Assembly (NCBI GenBank): GCA_038534175.1
Contig: JBCAXI010000001.1
Span: forward strand, 1-28,576
Reading direction: 5' to 3'
Length of the DNA: 28,576 nt
From: Planctomycetota bacterium
Lineage (GTDB): Bacteria; Planctomycetota; Phycisphaerae; Phycisphaerales; UBA1924
Shown: one piece after another, positions 8,407-17,057 of the stretch
How the letters are laid out: each line of letters begins with the position of its first letter
How positions within the stretch are numbered: position 1 is the stretch's first letter
The notes under the pieces: generated by a model
Told to the model about the DNA's origin: nothing
Database searches by the model: none
Seen by the model: the letters and a program-made list of their open reading frames with translations, nothing else
Program-made: the position numbers and the translations under genes

Positions 8407-9033
8407 TCAACCGCCCCAGAGGGGGCGCGCCGGCACGCCCACGACGCGCTCGCCGTCGCTGACATCGTGCAGCACCGCCGAGCCCGCGCCGACGACACAG
8501 CGGTCGCCCACCTCGACCTTCGGCAGCACACGCGAGCCGACCCCGAGCAGCGCGTCGCGCCCCACCCGGACCACGCCGCCGAGCGCGACGCCAGGCGCGA
8601 TGTGCGCGTTCGCCCCGATGATATTGTGGTGCTCGACCACCGCCGCCGAGTTGATGATGCAGTGATCACCCAGGCGCGCGCCGGTGTGCACCACCGCGTG
8701 CGGCCCAACGAACACGCCCTTGCCGTACCCCGCCGTCGGGCTCACGTAGGCCTCGGGATGGACCACGCTGCTCGCGCCGTGGACCATCTCCAGCCCCGCG
8801 TCCAGCAGGTCGCGCCGCGTCTTCAGGTCGCCCAACGCAAGAATCCAGCTGTGCTCGCCGATCAGGTCGAAGTCGCTCAGCCCGCCGAGGTGGGGCAGCC
8901 CGAACGCCTCGCACGCCGGCGGCGACTGGACGTCATCAAGCACGCCGGCGATGTCGACATCGAGCAGCTTGGCGGCCTCGGCGACGACCTCCCCGTGCCC
9001 GCCGCCCCCGATGATGACCAGTGATCGCGCCAT
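8407..9033 (-). CDS. NeuD/PglD-family sugar O/N-acetyltransferase (left-handed beta-helix)
   Basis: N-terminal IIGGGGHGEVV, GVLDD, VVHP.A.VS, hexapeptide repeats, IN..AVVEH, HIAPG..LGG.V.VG and C-terminal VGVPARP. Confidence 0.88.
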   Translation of the reverse strand: MARSLVIIGGGGHGEVVAEAAKLLDVDIAGVLDDVQSPPACEAFGLPHLGGLSDFDLIGEHSWILALGDLKTRRDLLDAGLEMVHGASSVVHPEAYVSPTAGYGKGVFVGPHAVVHTGARLGDHCIINSAAVVEHHNIIGANAHIAPGVALGGVVRVGRDALLGVGSRVLPKVEVGDRCVVGAGSAVLHDVSDGERVVGVPARPLWGG

Positions 9034-9039
9034 GCTGCC

Positions 9040-9058
9040 AGCCTACCCGGCGTAGAGT
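9040..9058. promoter_or_regulatory. back-to-back -10 hexamers of divergent, probably leaderless promoters
   Basis: Minus strand TAGGCT (9045-9040) is 6 nt before ATG 9033; plus strand TAGAGT (9053-9058) is 5 nt before ATG 9064. Neither gene has an SD, and the intergenic gap is only 30 bp. Confidence 0.6.
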
Positions 9059-9063
9059 CGTCC

Positions 9064-9945
9064 ATGGAGCCCATCCGCGTCGCCGCCGTGCGGTATCTCA
9101 ACACCCTCCCGCTCATCGAGGGGCTGGAATCGGTCTCCGGCTGCGAGCTGGAGCTGACCGCGCCCTCGCGGATCGCGGGCCTCGTCCGCTCCGGCGACGC
9201 CGACATCGGGCTCGTCTCGATCGTCGACCTCGCCAGCCAGCCCGGCGCCGCCGAGACGCCCCTCATCGCCCTCCCGGTGGGCATGATCGGCTGCGATGGC
9301 CCGACGCAAACCGTGCGGCTTTATTCCCAGACGCCACCGAGCGCCGTCACCAAGCTGCACGCCGACACCGACTCCCACACCTCCGTGCTGCTCGCACGGT
9401 TGCTGCTTCGCGCGGTGCACGGGGCCAACGCGGAGACGGTCGACTTCGACGTCCGCGAGCGGGTCGCCCGCGCCGGCGCCGCGGCGGCCGAGGAGTGGCC
9501 CGAGACGCTGCTCATGATCGGCGACAAGGTCATCACCGACGCGCCCGAGCCGGAGCGTTATGCGCACGAGATCGATCTGGGCGAGGCGTGGCACGCGTGG
9601 ACCGCCCTGCCGTTCGTGTACGCCGTGTGGGCCTGCCGCGCGAGCGCGTGGGACGAGGGCGACGCGTCCCGCCGTCGCCTTCAGATGGGCGCCGCGCTGC
9701 TAGAGCGGCAGCGGCTGCACAACCGCGCGCGCCTCGACGCCATCGCGCGCCAACGCGCTCCCGAGCACCGCTGGCCGATCGACCGCGCGATCGAGTACAT
9801 CGGCGAGCGGCTCCGATACGACTTCGATGACGGCGCGCGTCGTGGCGCCGAGCGGTTCTTCGCCGAGGCCCACGCCGCCGGCCTGCTTCCGTCGAGCCAG
9901 CTCCGCGTCGCGACCGGCGTGTCGCCCGCGCCCACCCCGACCTAG
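9064..9945 (+). CDS. mqnA: chorismate dehydratase (futalosine menaquinone pathway), MqnA family
   Basis: VRYLNTLPL, PS..A..V..G.ADIGLVS, IGCDG, DSHTSVLL, MIGD and DLGEAW..WTALPFVYAVW. Confidence 0.88.
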   Translation: MEPIRVAAVRYLNTLPLIEGLESVSGCELELTAPSRIAGLVRSGDADIGLVSIVDLASQPGAAETPLIALPVGMIGCDGPTQTVRLYSQTPPSAVTKLHADTDSHTSVLLARLLLRAVHGANAETVDFDVRERVARAGAAAAEEWPETLLMIGDKVITDAPEPERYAHEIDLGEAWHAWTALPFVYAVWACRASAWDEGDASRRRLQMGAALLERQRLHNRARLDAIARQRAPEHRWPIDRAIEYIGERLRYDFDDGARRGAERFFAEAHAAGLLPSSQLRVATGVSPAPTPT

Positions 9946-9963
9946 CGCGAGCGAGCACACGCC

Positions 9964-11712
9964 ATGCCGCCACTCCCCGAGCTGCGCGTCTCGTCGCTCG
10001 CCGAACTAGCGGCTCAGCTGCGGTTCGCGCCACACCTCAAGCTGCTCGACGACATCGATCGCATCGAACGCCTCGCTGCCGATGTCGACCCCGAGGCCAA
10101 CTACCCCGAGGAGTGGATCGAGTTCCGTGTGACCGGCCTGCGGCGCGATCTCCCCGAGCCGATCACAGTCGCCGGCGCCGCGCTCCTCGCTGATCTATCT
10201 TCGCTTGCCGAGCGTCTCTGCGAGCAGGCGCGATTGACCGAGGCGGAGCTCGCCGCGCGTCTCTCCGAGCAGGGCCGGCAACCAGCGCTACACGCCGACG
10301 CGCTCGCCGAGCGATGGAACGTCTCGCGCAAGACCGTCGATCGATGCCGAAAGCGCGGGCTAATCGGTCGAAGGATTCGCGGTGCCAACGGCAAGACGCG
10401 CATCGTCTTCACGCCCGAGAGCGTGCGCGTCTACGAGTCATCTCAACGAGAAAGCCTCGAACGCGCCGCCGAGTTCTCACGCATCGAACCAGCGATCGAG
10501 CTCCGCATGCTCCGCCGAGCCGAGCGATACCACGAGCTGTTCGGCTGCACGCTCAATCAGTGCGCCGAGCGCCTCGCCAAGCGCTACCAACGCTCGCTCG
10601 AGGCGGTCCGCCAGATCCTTCGACGCCACGACGCCTCGGGCGCCGCGCCGATCTTCGACGACCCCGGCTCCCTCACGCGCTTGCAGCGCCGCGCCCTCCT
10701 ACGCGCCGAAGCCCGGGGGATCGACCCCGCGACACTCGCGCGACGCTACCGACGCACGCGCCCCACCATCGCCCGCGCGATCCACCTCGAGCGGGCCCGG
10801 CGGCTGTGGGCGTGGCGCGACGCGGGCGCGCTCGAGGCGCCACGCCTCGCGACGTTCGATCGCGACGACGCGCACGATGTCCTGCTCGGTGCGCCTGCGG
10901 TGCGCGCCATCGGCGTGGCCCCGGCGCCGAGCAACGTGGGCGCCCTCCTCGCGTTGGCCCGGTCCACGCCCGCGACGCCCGCGGACGACGAGCAGGCGTG
11001 CGTGATCGCGTTGCACTTCTGCCGAGCCACCGCCTCCGACCTCGCCTCCGATCTCGACCGCGAGCAGCCCGAGGCCCGGACCATCGACCGCGCCGAGGCG
11101 ATGCTCCGCCTCGCCTCGCAGATCTGGGCGTGGCTCGTTCGCGCGCAGATGGGCCTCGTGCTCGCAACGATCGAGCGGCGACACGAGCGCCCGAGCGAGG
11201 CGATGCGCACGGACGACTGGCTCGGGGCCTGGCGATCCGGCGTCGCGTCGGCCTGGCCGGCGATCGGGTCGTTCGACGCCACGCGCGGCGGCCGGCTCGC
11301 GGCGCCCGTCGGGCTTGCCGTCGACCGCGCCCTCGCCGCCGCGTCGCCCGATCCCACCACCCGAGCCACGCCCCGCCTGCGGACCGACGAGCCGATCGAG
11401 GACTGGCGCAACGCGCCGCCATGGAGCGCCGCGCTCCAGCCCGATCGACGCCTCCGACCCAGACCCGAGCGCGACGCCGACGCAGGACGCCCGCCCTGGT
11501 GGTCAGACGCCGACGCCGACGCGCGACGCGTGCTCGGATGGCGCTTCGGATACCCGGTGGAGGGCTCGCGCGAGGCGCCGATGACACTCGAAGCGCTCGC
11601 CGAGCGTCTCAGCACGGGTCGTGCGCACGCGCCGCGACGTCTGCGCATCGCGCTCCGCACGCTGCTCGAAGCCGCGCGCCTCGAAACGTCCAGCGCCCCC
11701 GGACCCGAGTAG
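9964..11712 (+). CDS. planctomycete-type long sigma-70-like protein with N-terminal HTH domains; sigma regions 2 and 4 degenerate
   Basis: The N-terminus (QLRFAP...E.L...VDPE..YP.EWI.FRVT; LAERWNVSRKTVDR.RKRGL; RLAKRYQRSLEAVRQILRRHD; LARRYRRTRPTI) matches my recollection of the Planctomycetota long sigma-70 family. Remnants of region 2 (LVRAQMGLVLAT; SFDATRGGRL) and region 4 (VLGWRFGY...MTLEALAERL) are present. Confidence 0.65.
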   Translation: MPPLPELRVSSLAELAAQLRFAPHLKLLDDIDRIERLAADVDPEANYPEEWIEFRVTGLRRDLPEPITVAGAALLADLSSLAERLCEQARLTEAELAARLSEQGRQPALHADALAERWNVSRKTVDRCRKRGLIGRRIRGANGKTRIVFTPESVRVYESSQRESLERAAEFSRIEPAIELRMLRRAERYHELFGCTLNQCAERLAKRYQRSLEAVRQILRRHDASGAAPIFDDPGSLTRLQRRALLRAEARGIDPATLARRYRRTRPTIARAIHLERARRLWAWRDAGALEAPRLATFDRDDAHDVLLGAPAVRAIGVAPAPSNVGALLALARSTPATPADDEQACVIALHFCRATASDLASDLDREQPEARTIDRAEAMLRLASQIWAWLVRAQMGLVLATIERRHERPSEAMRTDDWLGAWRSGVASAWPAIGSFDATRGGRLAAPVGLAVDRALAAASPDPTTRATPRLRTDEPIEDWRNAPPWSAALQPDRRLRPRPERDADAGRPPWWSDADADARRVLGWRFGYPVEGSREAPMTLEALAERLSTGRAHAPRRLRIALRTLLEAARLETSSAPGPE

Positions 11713-11715
11713 GCT
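11710..11715 (+). promoter_or_regulatory. putative -10 hexamer for leaderless gatB
   Basis: TAGGCT 7 nt before ATG 11723, no SD. The TAG is also the upstream stop codon, so this case is confounded. Confidence 0.4.
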
Positions 11716-11722
11716 GGCTCCC

Positions 11723-13219
11723 ATGGCAGCGATCACCCACCAAGAGCTCATCGTGGGCATGGAGGTCCACGTCGAGCTCCGCACCCGAAGCAAGATGTTC
11801 GCGCGCGTTGCGTCGCCGGCGCATCCAGAGTTTCACAACGCGCCGCCCAACGCGCTCATCGACCCGGTCGTGCTCGCGCTGCCCGGGGCCTTGCCGGTCA
11901 TGAACGAGCGAGCGGTCGAGCTCTCGGCGATGGTCGGCCTCGCGCTCGGTTGCACGATCAACAGGCGATCCAAGTGGGACCGCAAGAGCTACTTCTACCC
12001 CGATCTGCCCAAGGCGTACCAGATCTCGCAGTACGACCTGCCGCTGTGCGAGCACGGATCGGTCGACGTGCTCGATGATGACGGCGAGGTGATGCAGGCC
12101 GTGCGCATCGAGCGGGCGCATCTGGAGGAGGACGCCGGCAAGCTGTTGCACGAGGCCCCCGGGGGCGGCGCGGTGGACGGATCGCTCGTCGATCTCAATC
12201 GCGCGGGCACGCCGCTGCTCGAGATCGTCACGGCGCCGGACGTTCGCAGCGCCGACGTCTGTGAGCGGTTCGCCCGATCGCTGCGCCGCCTGTGCCGGCA
12301 CCTCGGCGCCACCGAGGGGGTCATGCAGCAGGGGCACATCCGCTTCGAGCCCAACATCAATCTTAAGCTCACCTTGGACGACGGGCGCGAAGTGCGCACA
12401 CCGATCGTCGAGGTGAAGAATCTGAACTCGTTCAAGGCGCTGCGGGGCGCCGTGGAGTACGAGGCGCGCACGCAGGCCAAGCGTTGGCAAGAGGATGGGC
12501 GCGAGTGCGGCCCCGGCGCCAAAGGCACGCGCGGTTGGGATGACGCGCGCGGCGTCACCATCGCCCAGCGCGAAAAAGAAGACGCCCACGACTACCGGTA
12601 CTTCCCCGATCCGGACCTGCCGCCGGTCGAGATCGACGACGCGTGGCTTGAGCGGGTGCGCATCGGCGTGTGCGAGCATCCGGACGCGCGTCGCGTCCGA
12701 TGGATGCGAGACCGTGGGCTCAACGCCAAGGACGCGACCGCCCTGGTGGAAGAGCGAGCCACCGCCGAGCTGTACGACGACGCGGTGCAGGCCGGCGGCG
12801 GCGCGCGCACGCTCGCCAACCTCCTCTTGCAATCGGCGGCGAAGCGCGCCAACGAGCGCGGCGTTGAGATTCACGAGCTCGGGCTCTCGCCCGAGAAGCT
12901 TGCCGCGATCGCCCAGATGCGTGATCGCGGCGATATCAGCGCGGCCTCGGCCGACGAGCTCGTCGGACTCGTGACGCAGAGTGAGGACGACCCGGCGTTG
13001 ATTGCCGAGGCCCGCGGCATGATCGTCGTGCGCGATGAGGGCCAGCTTGCCGCGTGGTGCGACGAGGTCATCGCGCAGCACGCGGGCATCGTGGAGCAGA
13101 TCCGCGGCGGCAAGCAGCAGGCGGCCGGGCGACTCATCGGCGAGGTCATGAAGAAGAGCGGGGGCGCCGCCGACGCCAAGACCGTGCGCGCCATGCTGCT
13201 CGAACGCATCGGAGACTAA
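11723..13219 (+). CDS. gatB: Asp-tRNA(Asn)/Glu-tRNA(Gln) amidotransferase subunit B
   Basis: IVGMEVHVELRTRSKMF, LALPGALPVMN, DRKSYFYPDLPKAYQISQYD, HLEEDAGK, DLNRAGTPLLEIVT, EVKNLNSF, DYRYFPDPDLPP and the C-terminal YqeY-like GEVMKKSGG. Start moved from 11621 to ATG 11723. Confidence 0.97.
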   Translation: MAAITHQELIVGMEVHVELRTRSKMFARVASPAHPEFHNAPPNALIDPVVLALPGALPVMNERAVELSAMVGLALGCTINRRSKWDRKSYFYPDLPKAYQISQYDLPLCEHGSVDVLDDDGEVMQAVRIERAHLEEDAGKLLHEAPGGGAVDGSLVDLNRAGTPLLEIVTAPDVRSADVCERFARSLRRLCRHLGATEGVMQQGHIRFEPNINLKLTLDDGREVRTPIVEVKNLNSFKALRGAVEYEARTQAKRWQEDGRECGPGAKGTRGWDDARGVTIAQREKEDAHDYRYFPDPDLPPVEIDDAWLERVRIGVCEHPDARRVRWMRDRGLNAKDATALVEERATAELYDDAVQAGGGARTLANLLLQSAAKRANERGVEIHELGLSPEKLAAIAQMRDRGDISAASADELVGLVTQSEDDPALIAEARGMIVVRDEGQLAAWCDEVIAQHAGIVEQIRGGKQQAAGRLIGEVMKKSGGAADAKTVRAMLLERIGD

Positions 13220-13258
13220 GGCCTCAGATCGCGGGAGCGAGTGTGCGCGTGGTGCGGT

Positions 13259-13690
13259 TCACTCTGGCTCGGCGCTCGTCTGCTCGCGCATCGACCGGGC
13301 CCGATCCAGCAGCTCGGCCTCGAAGGCGTCGCCCGAGAGCTCGCCGCTCTCCACGCGCGCCTCGGGCGTGGGCGCGAGCTCGAAGTGCCACTCTTGTCGA
13401 TTCTCCAGCCGCACCGGCGCGGCCGCCGCGAGCAGATCGATCACCGGCCACTCGTACATCGGCGCCTTCGCCTGGCGGCTCTCGTGCACCGACTCGTACC
13501 CCTCCAACTCGAGCCGCACGTCGTAGTGCCCGTGGAACAGAAACTCGGTCTCCACCGGCGTGCGCCCGAGCTGCTGGTCGTTGAGCGTGACCAGCGCGCC
13601 GGGCGGCTCGCTGGTGATCTGGATCATCCGCTCGACGCATCCGCCCAGCGACAACCCGCACAGCACAAGACCCGCAACGCGTCCGCTCAT
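13259..13690 (-). CDS. PEGA-domain lipoprotein
   Basis: Lipobox LGG-C, followed by the PEGA signature IQITSEPPGALVTLNDQQLGRTPV...YDVRLELEGYE. Its ATG overlaps the lptB stop (ATGA, 13687-13690). Confidence 0.85.
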   Translation of the reverse strand: MSGRVAGLVLCGLSLGGCVERMIQITSEPPGALVTLNDQQLGRTPVETEFLFHGHYDVRLELEGYESVHESRQAKAPMYEWPVIDLLAAAAPVRLENRQEWHFELAPTPEARVESGELSGDAFEAELLDRARSMREQTSAEPE

Positions 13691-14484
13691 GCGCGCTCTC
13701 CCGTGCCCAACCGCGGCGCCTCGTCCGAACGCTCGCGCGGCGGCAGGTCGTCGAACTCATCGCCTCTGAACAGCGAGCCGAGGTACACCCGGCGCACCAG
13801 CTCGTCGTTGATCAGCGACCTCGGGTCGCCCTCGGCGAACTTCTTGCCGCTGTCGATGATGTACGCCCGATCACATACCCGCAGCGTCTGCTGCACGTTG
13901 TGGTCGGTGATGAGGAACGCGATGCCCGTCTCGGCCAGCTCGCGAAGCTCTCGTTGCAGGTCCTCGACCGCGATCGGGTCGACGCCGCTGAACGGCTCGT
14001 CGAGCAGGATGAGCTTGGGCTGCGTGATGAGCGCCCGAGCGATCTCCAGCTTGCGCCGCTCGCCGCCCGAACAAGTGCGCGCGAGCTGGTTGGCCTTGTG
14101 CGTCAGCCCGAAGCGGTCCAGCAGCTCGGCGGCCTTCTTTCTGCGCATGCCCCGCGGCATGGACAGCGTCTCGAGAATTGCCAGCAGGTTCTGCTCGCAG
14201 GTCATCCGCTGGAAGACGCTCGGCTCCTGGCTGAGGTAGCCCATGCCCCGGCGGGCGTGCCGGTACATCGGCAGGCCCGTGACCTCGTCGCCGTCGAAGA
14301 ACACGCGTCCGTCATCGGCGTCGATCATGCCGATGGTCATGCGGAAGCTGGTCGTCTTGCCGGCGCCATTGCGACCCAGCAGGCCCACGATCTCGGCGGG
14401 GTCGACGTGCAGCGAGACGCCATCGACCACCATTCGGCCGCCGAACGACTTGCGCAGATTGTGGGCTTCCAGCAGCGGTGGCAC
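13687..14484 (-). CDS. lptB: LPS export ABC transporter ATP-binding protein
   Basis: Walker A GRNGAGKT, GMGYLSQEPSVF, signature SGGERRKLEIARAL, ILLDEPFSGVDP, ITDHNV.QTL.VCDRAYII and VRRVYLG..F. Confidence 0.95.
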   Translation of the reverse strand: MPPLLEAHNLRKSFGGRMVVDGVSLHVDPAEIVGLLGRNGAGKTTSFRMTIGMIDADDGRVFFDGDEVTGLPMYRHARRGMGYLSQEPSVFQRMTCEQNLLAILETLSMPRGMRRKKAAELLDRFGLTHKANQLARTCSGGERRKLEIARALITQPKLILLDEPFSGVDPIAVEDLQRELRELAETGIAFLITDHNVQQTLRVCDRAYIIDSGKKFAEGDPRSLINDELVRRVYLGSLFRGDEFDDLPPRERSDEAPRLGTGERA

Positions 14485-14490
14485 GCGGGG

Positions 14491-14496
14491 AGTTTA
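14491..14496 (-). promoter_or_regulatory. putative -10 hexamer for leaderless lptB
   Basis: TAAACT 6 nt before GTG 14484. The TAA is also the DUF4870 gene's stop codon, so this case is confounded. Confidence 0.4.
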
Positions 14497-15039
14497 CGCG
14501 TCGGGGGCGCCGTCGGTGGGCTTGCCCGTGGGCGGGCCGATGAGGCGGATGCAGACCGGGTAGCGATAGATCTGGCCCTTGTTCGCGGCGATCGCGGCCA
14601 GGATGAGGCCGATGATCGCGACGACCGAGAGCGCGAACGTGAGAATCACGCCGACGCCACAGGTGATCAGCGTGATCACGCCCGTCACGAGGTACAAGAT
14701 GACCAGCGAGATCTGGAAGTTCGTCGCCTCACGCCCGTGGTCATCGATGAACGAGTGATCGGCCTTGCGGGCGAGCCACATGATCAGTGCCACGGCCAGC
14801 GGCAAGAAAAACGGCAGACCACCGAGCGACATCAGCACGACCGTCGCGATGAGCGTCCCGACGTGGATCCACATGCTGTACGTGCGGATCTCGGGCGTCG
14901 CGGTCTCGTCCACGAGCGTCGTCGCCTCCGAACCCTCGTCGTCGGCCCCGGACGAGGATGGGGGCGTGGGTGCCGGGGGGGACGGGGGAGACGACTCGGC
15001 GTCGCTCGGTAATGGGTTCGGATCGTGCGGGTCGGCCAC
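14494..15039 (-). CDS. DUF4870 family membrane protein
   Basis: GTG start with ggagga SD. Pro-rich low-complexity N-terminus, then LIMWLARKADHSFIDDHGREATNFQIS and IAANKGQIYRYPVCIRLI, typical of DUF4870. Confidence 0.8.
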   Translation of the reverse strand: MADPHDPNPLPSDAESSPPSPPAPTPPSSSGADDEGSEATTLVDETATPEIRTYSMWIHVGTLIATVVLMSLGGLPFFLPLAVALIMWLARKADHSFIDDHGREATNFQISLVILYLVTGVITLITCGVGVILTFALSVVAIIGLILAAIAANKGQIYRYPVCIRLIGPPTGKPTDGAPDA

Positions 15040-15120
15040 GGCGCTCCTCCAGGTCTCCCGTCGAGAGAGACCGCTTCTGATTCGGGAGCCTACCGGCTCG
15101 CTTTCAGCCGCGAGGCCCGA

Positions 15121-16236
15121 TCAGGTCTTCACGCTCGTCGAGAACGCCAACGCCAGCGGCGCCAGCACCAGCACCGGCAAAAACACCGAGATCGACGCCG
15201 GGATCCCCGGCACCGCCACGCTCGCGCCGATCACCCCGCCCAGCAACGCCGCACCCGCCCACGGCGCGCACTTGAGCGACTGCAGCATCATGTTCGTCGG
15301 CAGGCGGGTGAGAAAGAACGTCATCGCGATGACGAGCGCGAGCAGATTCGACACCATCACCGCGAACCGCCCGAGCTGGAACCGCTGCAGGCGGTCACGC
15401 TCGACCCGCGTCCGGGCGCCCTGGGTGTCGAGGCGGTCCAGCGTCCGGATCATCTGTCCGAGCTGGGCGTACGAGAGCGCCTGCGCGTACCCGCTGAAGC
15501 GGCGCATGCGGAGCGTCGTGGGGTCCAGGTTCGTCTCAATGCGGCTTCGTGGGGTGCGGCGTCCCTCGACGCCCCCGGTCAGGTCCCAGCCGCCGTCACG
15601 CCACCGGGCGCTCTCCGCCCGGATCGTCTCGCCCGCCTTTCCGTCCTCGCCCGTTTGCCAGATGTGCACGCCCTCAAGCGTGCCGCGATCGGCGTCGAAC
15701 ACCCGCGCGTACCAGTGGCGCCCCTGTGAATCGGCGACCAGCGGCGCCTGCGTCACGCCCATCTCGCGAGCGCCCGCCTCCCCGTGGTCTCGCGTCACGA
15801 GCGGCGCCACGCGCGGCAGCAGCAGCTCCTGATTCAGCACGCCCAAGCCCGTGAACGCGAGCGCCACCAACAGGATCGGCCGGGCGACACGCTGCAGCGG
15901 CTGCCCCGCCGCGAGCATCGCGACCAGCTCGCGCCGCCGCACGAGCTGCGCACACGTGAACCCCATCGCCCCCACGAGCACCACGCCCAGCAGGTAGTTG
16001 TAGAGCTGGAGCAGCTTGGGCCACCAGAAGTCGACGACGAGGAACGCCGTCACCACGCCGCGCCGCACGAGCGAGGACGAGCCTCCGTCGCGTGTCGCCA
16101 TGGCGTCGGCGGCCTTCACGAAACGATCGATGTTCAGCGAGACATCGATCGCGACCACGAAGCACAGCAGCACCACGAACAGCGTCACGGTGTTGATGAA
16201 GTATTCCTTCGCGATGGCGCGATCGAGCAGCCGCAC
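15121..16236 (-). CDS. lptG: LptF/LptG family permease (LptG-like)
   Basis: MRLLDRAI, three N-terminal TM helices, RRRELVAMLAAG.PLQRVARP, NQELLLP, a periplasmic beta-rich domain and three C-terminal TM helices. The F versus G assignment rests on gene order and the N-terminus. Confidence 0.8.
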   Translation of the reverse strand: MRLLDRAIAKEYFINTVTLFVVLLCFVVAIDVSLNIDRFVKAADAMATRDGGSSSLVRRGVVTAFLVVDFWWPKLLQLYNYLLGVVLVGAMGFTCAQLVRRRELVAMLAAGQPLQRVARPILLVALAFTGLGVLNQELLLPRVAPLVTRDHGEAGAREMGVTQAPLVADSQGRHWYARVFDADRGTLEGVHIWQTGEDGKAGETIRAESARWRDGGWDLTGGVEGRRTPRSRIETNLDPTTLRMRRFSGYAQALSYAQLGQMIRTLDRLDTQGARTRVERDRLQRFQLGRFAVMVSNLLALVIAMTFFLTRLPTNMMLQSLKCAPWAGAALLGGVIGASVAVPGIPASISVFLPVLVLAPLALAFSTSVKT

Positions 16237-16242
16237 GGGCTC

Positions 16243-16248
16243 AGCTTA
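16243..16248 (-). promoter_or_regulatory. putative -10 hexamer for leaderless lptG
   Basis: TAAGCT 6 nt before GTG 16236, no SD. Confidence 0.55.
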
Positions 16249-16277
16249 GTCCGCCCGCCGCTGGCGTCTCGGCCGGC

Positions 16278-16994
16278 TCAGCCCAGGCGTCGGCGGACGT
16301 GCACGAGCGACTCGTTCGGGCGCCGACCCTGCTGGTCGGACTCGAACAGGAGCCGTGCGATCGCGATGCCGATGATCGCCGCCAGCACGCAGTCGCTCAG
16401 ATAGTGCGCATGGGCCAGGATCCGCGAGACGGCGCAGCCGAAGGCCCCCACGAGCACCGCCGCCCGTGCCGAGGGCACGACCAACGCCGTGGCCCACGCC
16501 CCGCCGAAGGCGATCGCGGTGTGCGACGAGGCGAGCCCCAGCCCCACGCCGTCGGGCGTCTCGGCGAACATCGGGAAGAACTTGTAGTTCGGCAGCAGGC
16601 CGAAGGTGGGCTCGGTCGCGTCCGGACGGGTCCGCCCAAGGATGGGCTTGAGCAGTTCGGCCAGCGCGCCCGCGAAGATCACCGACAGCAAAATCAGCCC
16701 CATCCGCCGGCGTGGGCGCACCTGCGTGGCGCCCGACGCGGCCTGCTGGCGGTCGTGCAGCCAGATCGGCAGCGCCAGGAAAAACCACGCCGGCAGGTAG
16801 CCGAACACACGCATGAACTCCCACCAGTCCGCGCCGTCCACGTCTGGCTTCTGGATGTTCAGCCGCGAGCGGAGGAGCCAGTACAGCGGTCGATCGAGCA
16901 CCACCGCGACGAGGAACGCCAGGGCGGCCAGGCCCAGGCCGCGCAGGGTCGAGCCGAGCCGCAGGCGTCGCTGGATGGGGGTGTAGTAGCTCAA
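16278..16994 (-). CDS. PAP2 family membrane phosphatase
   Basis: C1 K-x6-RP (KPILGRTRP), C2 variant ASSH (canonical PSGH), C3 SR-x5-H-x3-D (SRILAHAHYLSD). The TTG start is uncertain. Confidence 0.85.
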   Translation of the reverse strand: MSYYTPIQRRLRLGSTLRGLGLAALAFLVAVVLDRPLYWLLRSRLNIQKPDVDGADWWEFMRVFGYLPAWFFLALPIWLHDRQQAASGATQVRPRRRMGLILLSVIFAGALAELLKPILGRTRPDATEPTFGLLPNYKFFPMFAETPDGVGLGLASSHTAIAFGGAWATALVVPSARAAVLVGAFGCAVSRILAHAHYLSDCVLAAIIGIAIARLLFESDQQGRRPNESLVHVRRRLG

Positions 16995-17057
16995 GAGGCG
17001 ATAGCAGACCCGTTCCCACGCCGCCCCGCAAGTCGCCCGGATCGCGCGTGCTCCGGG

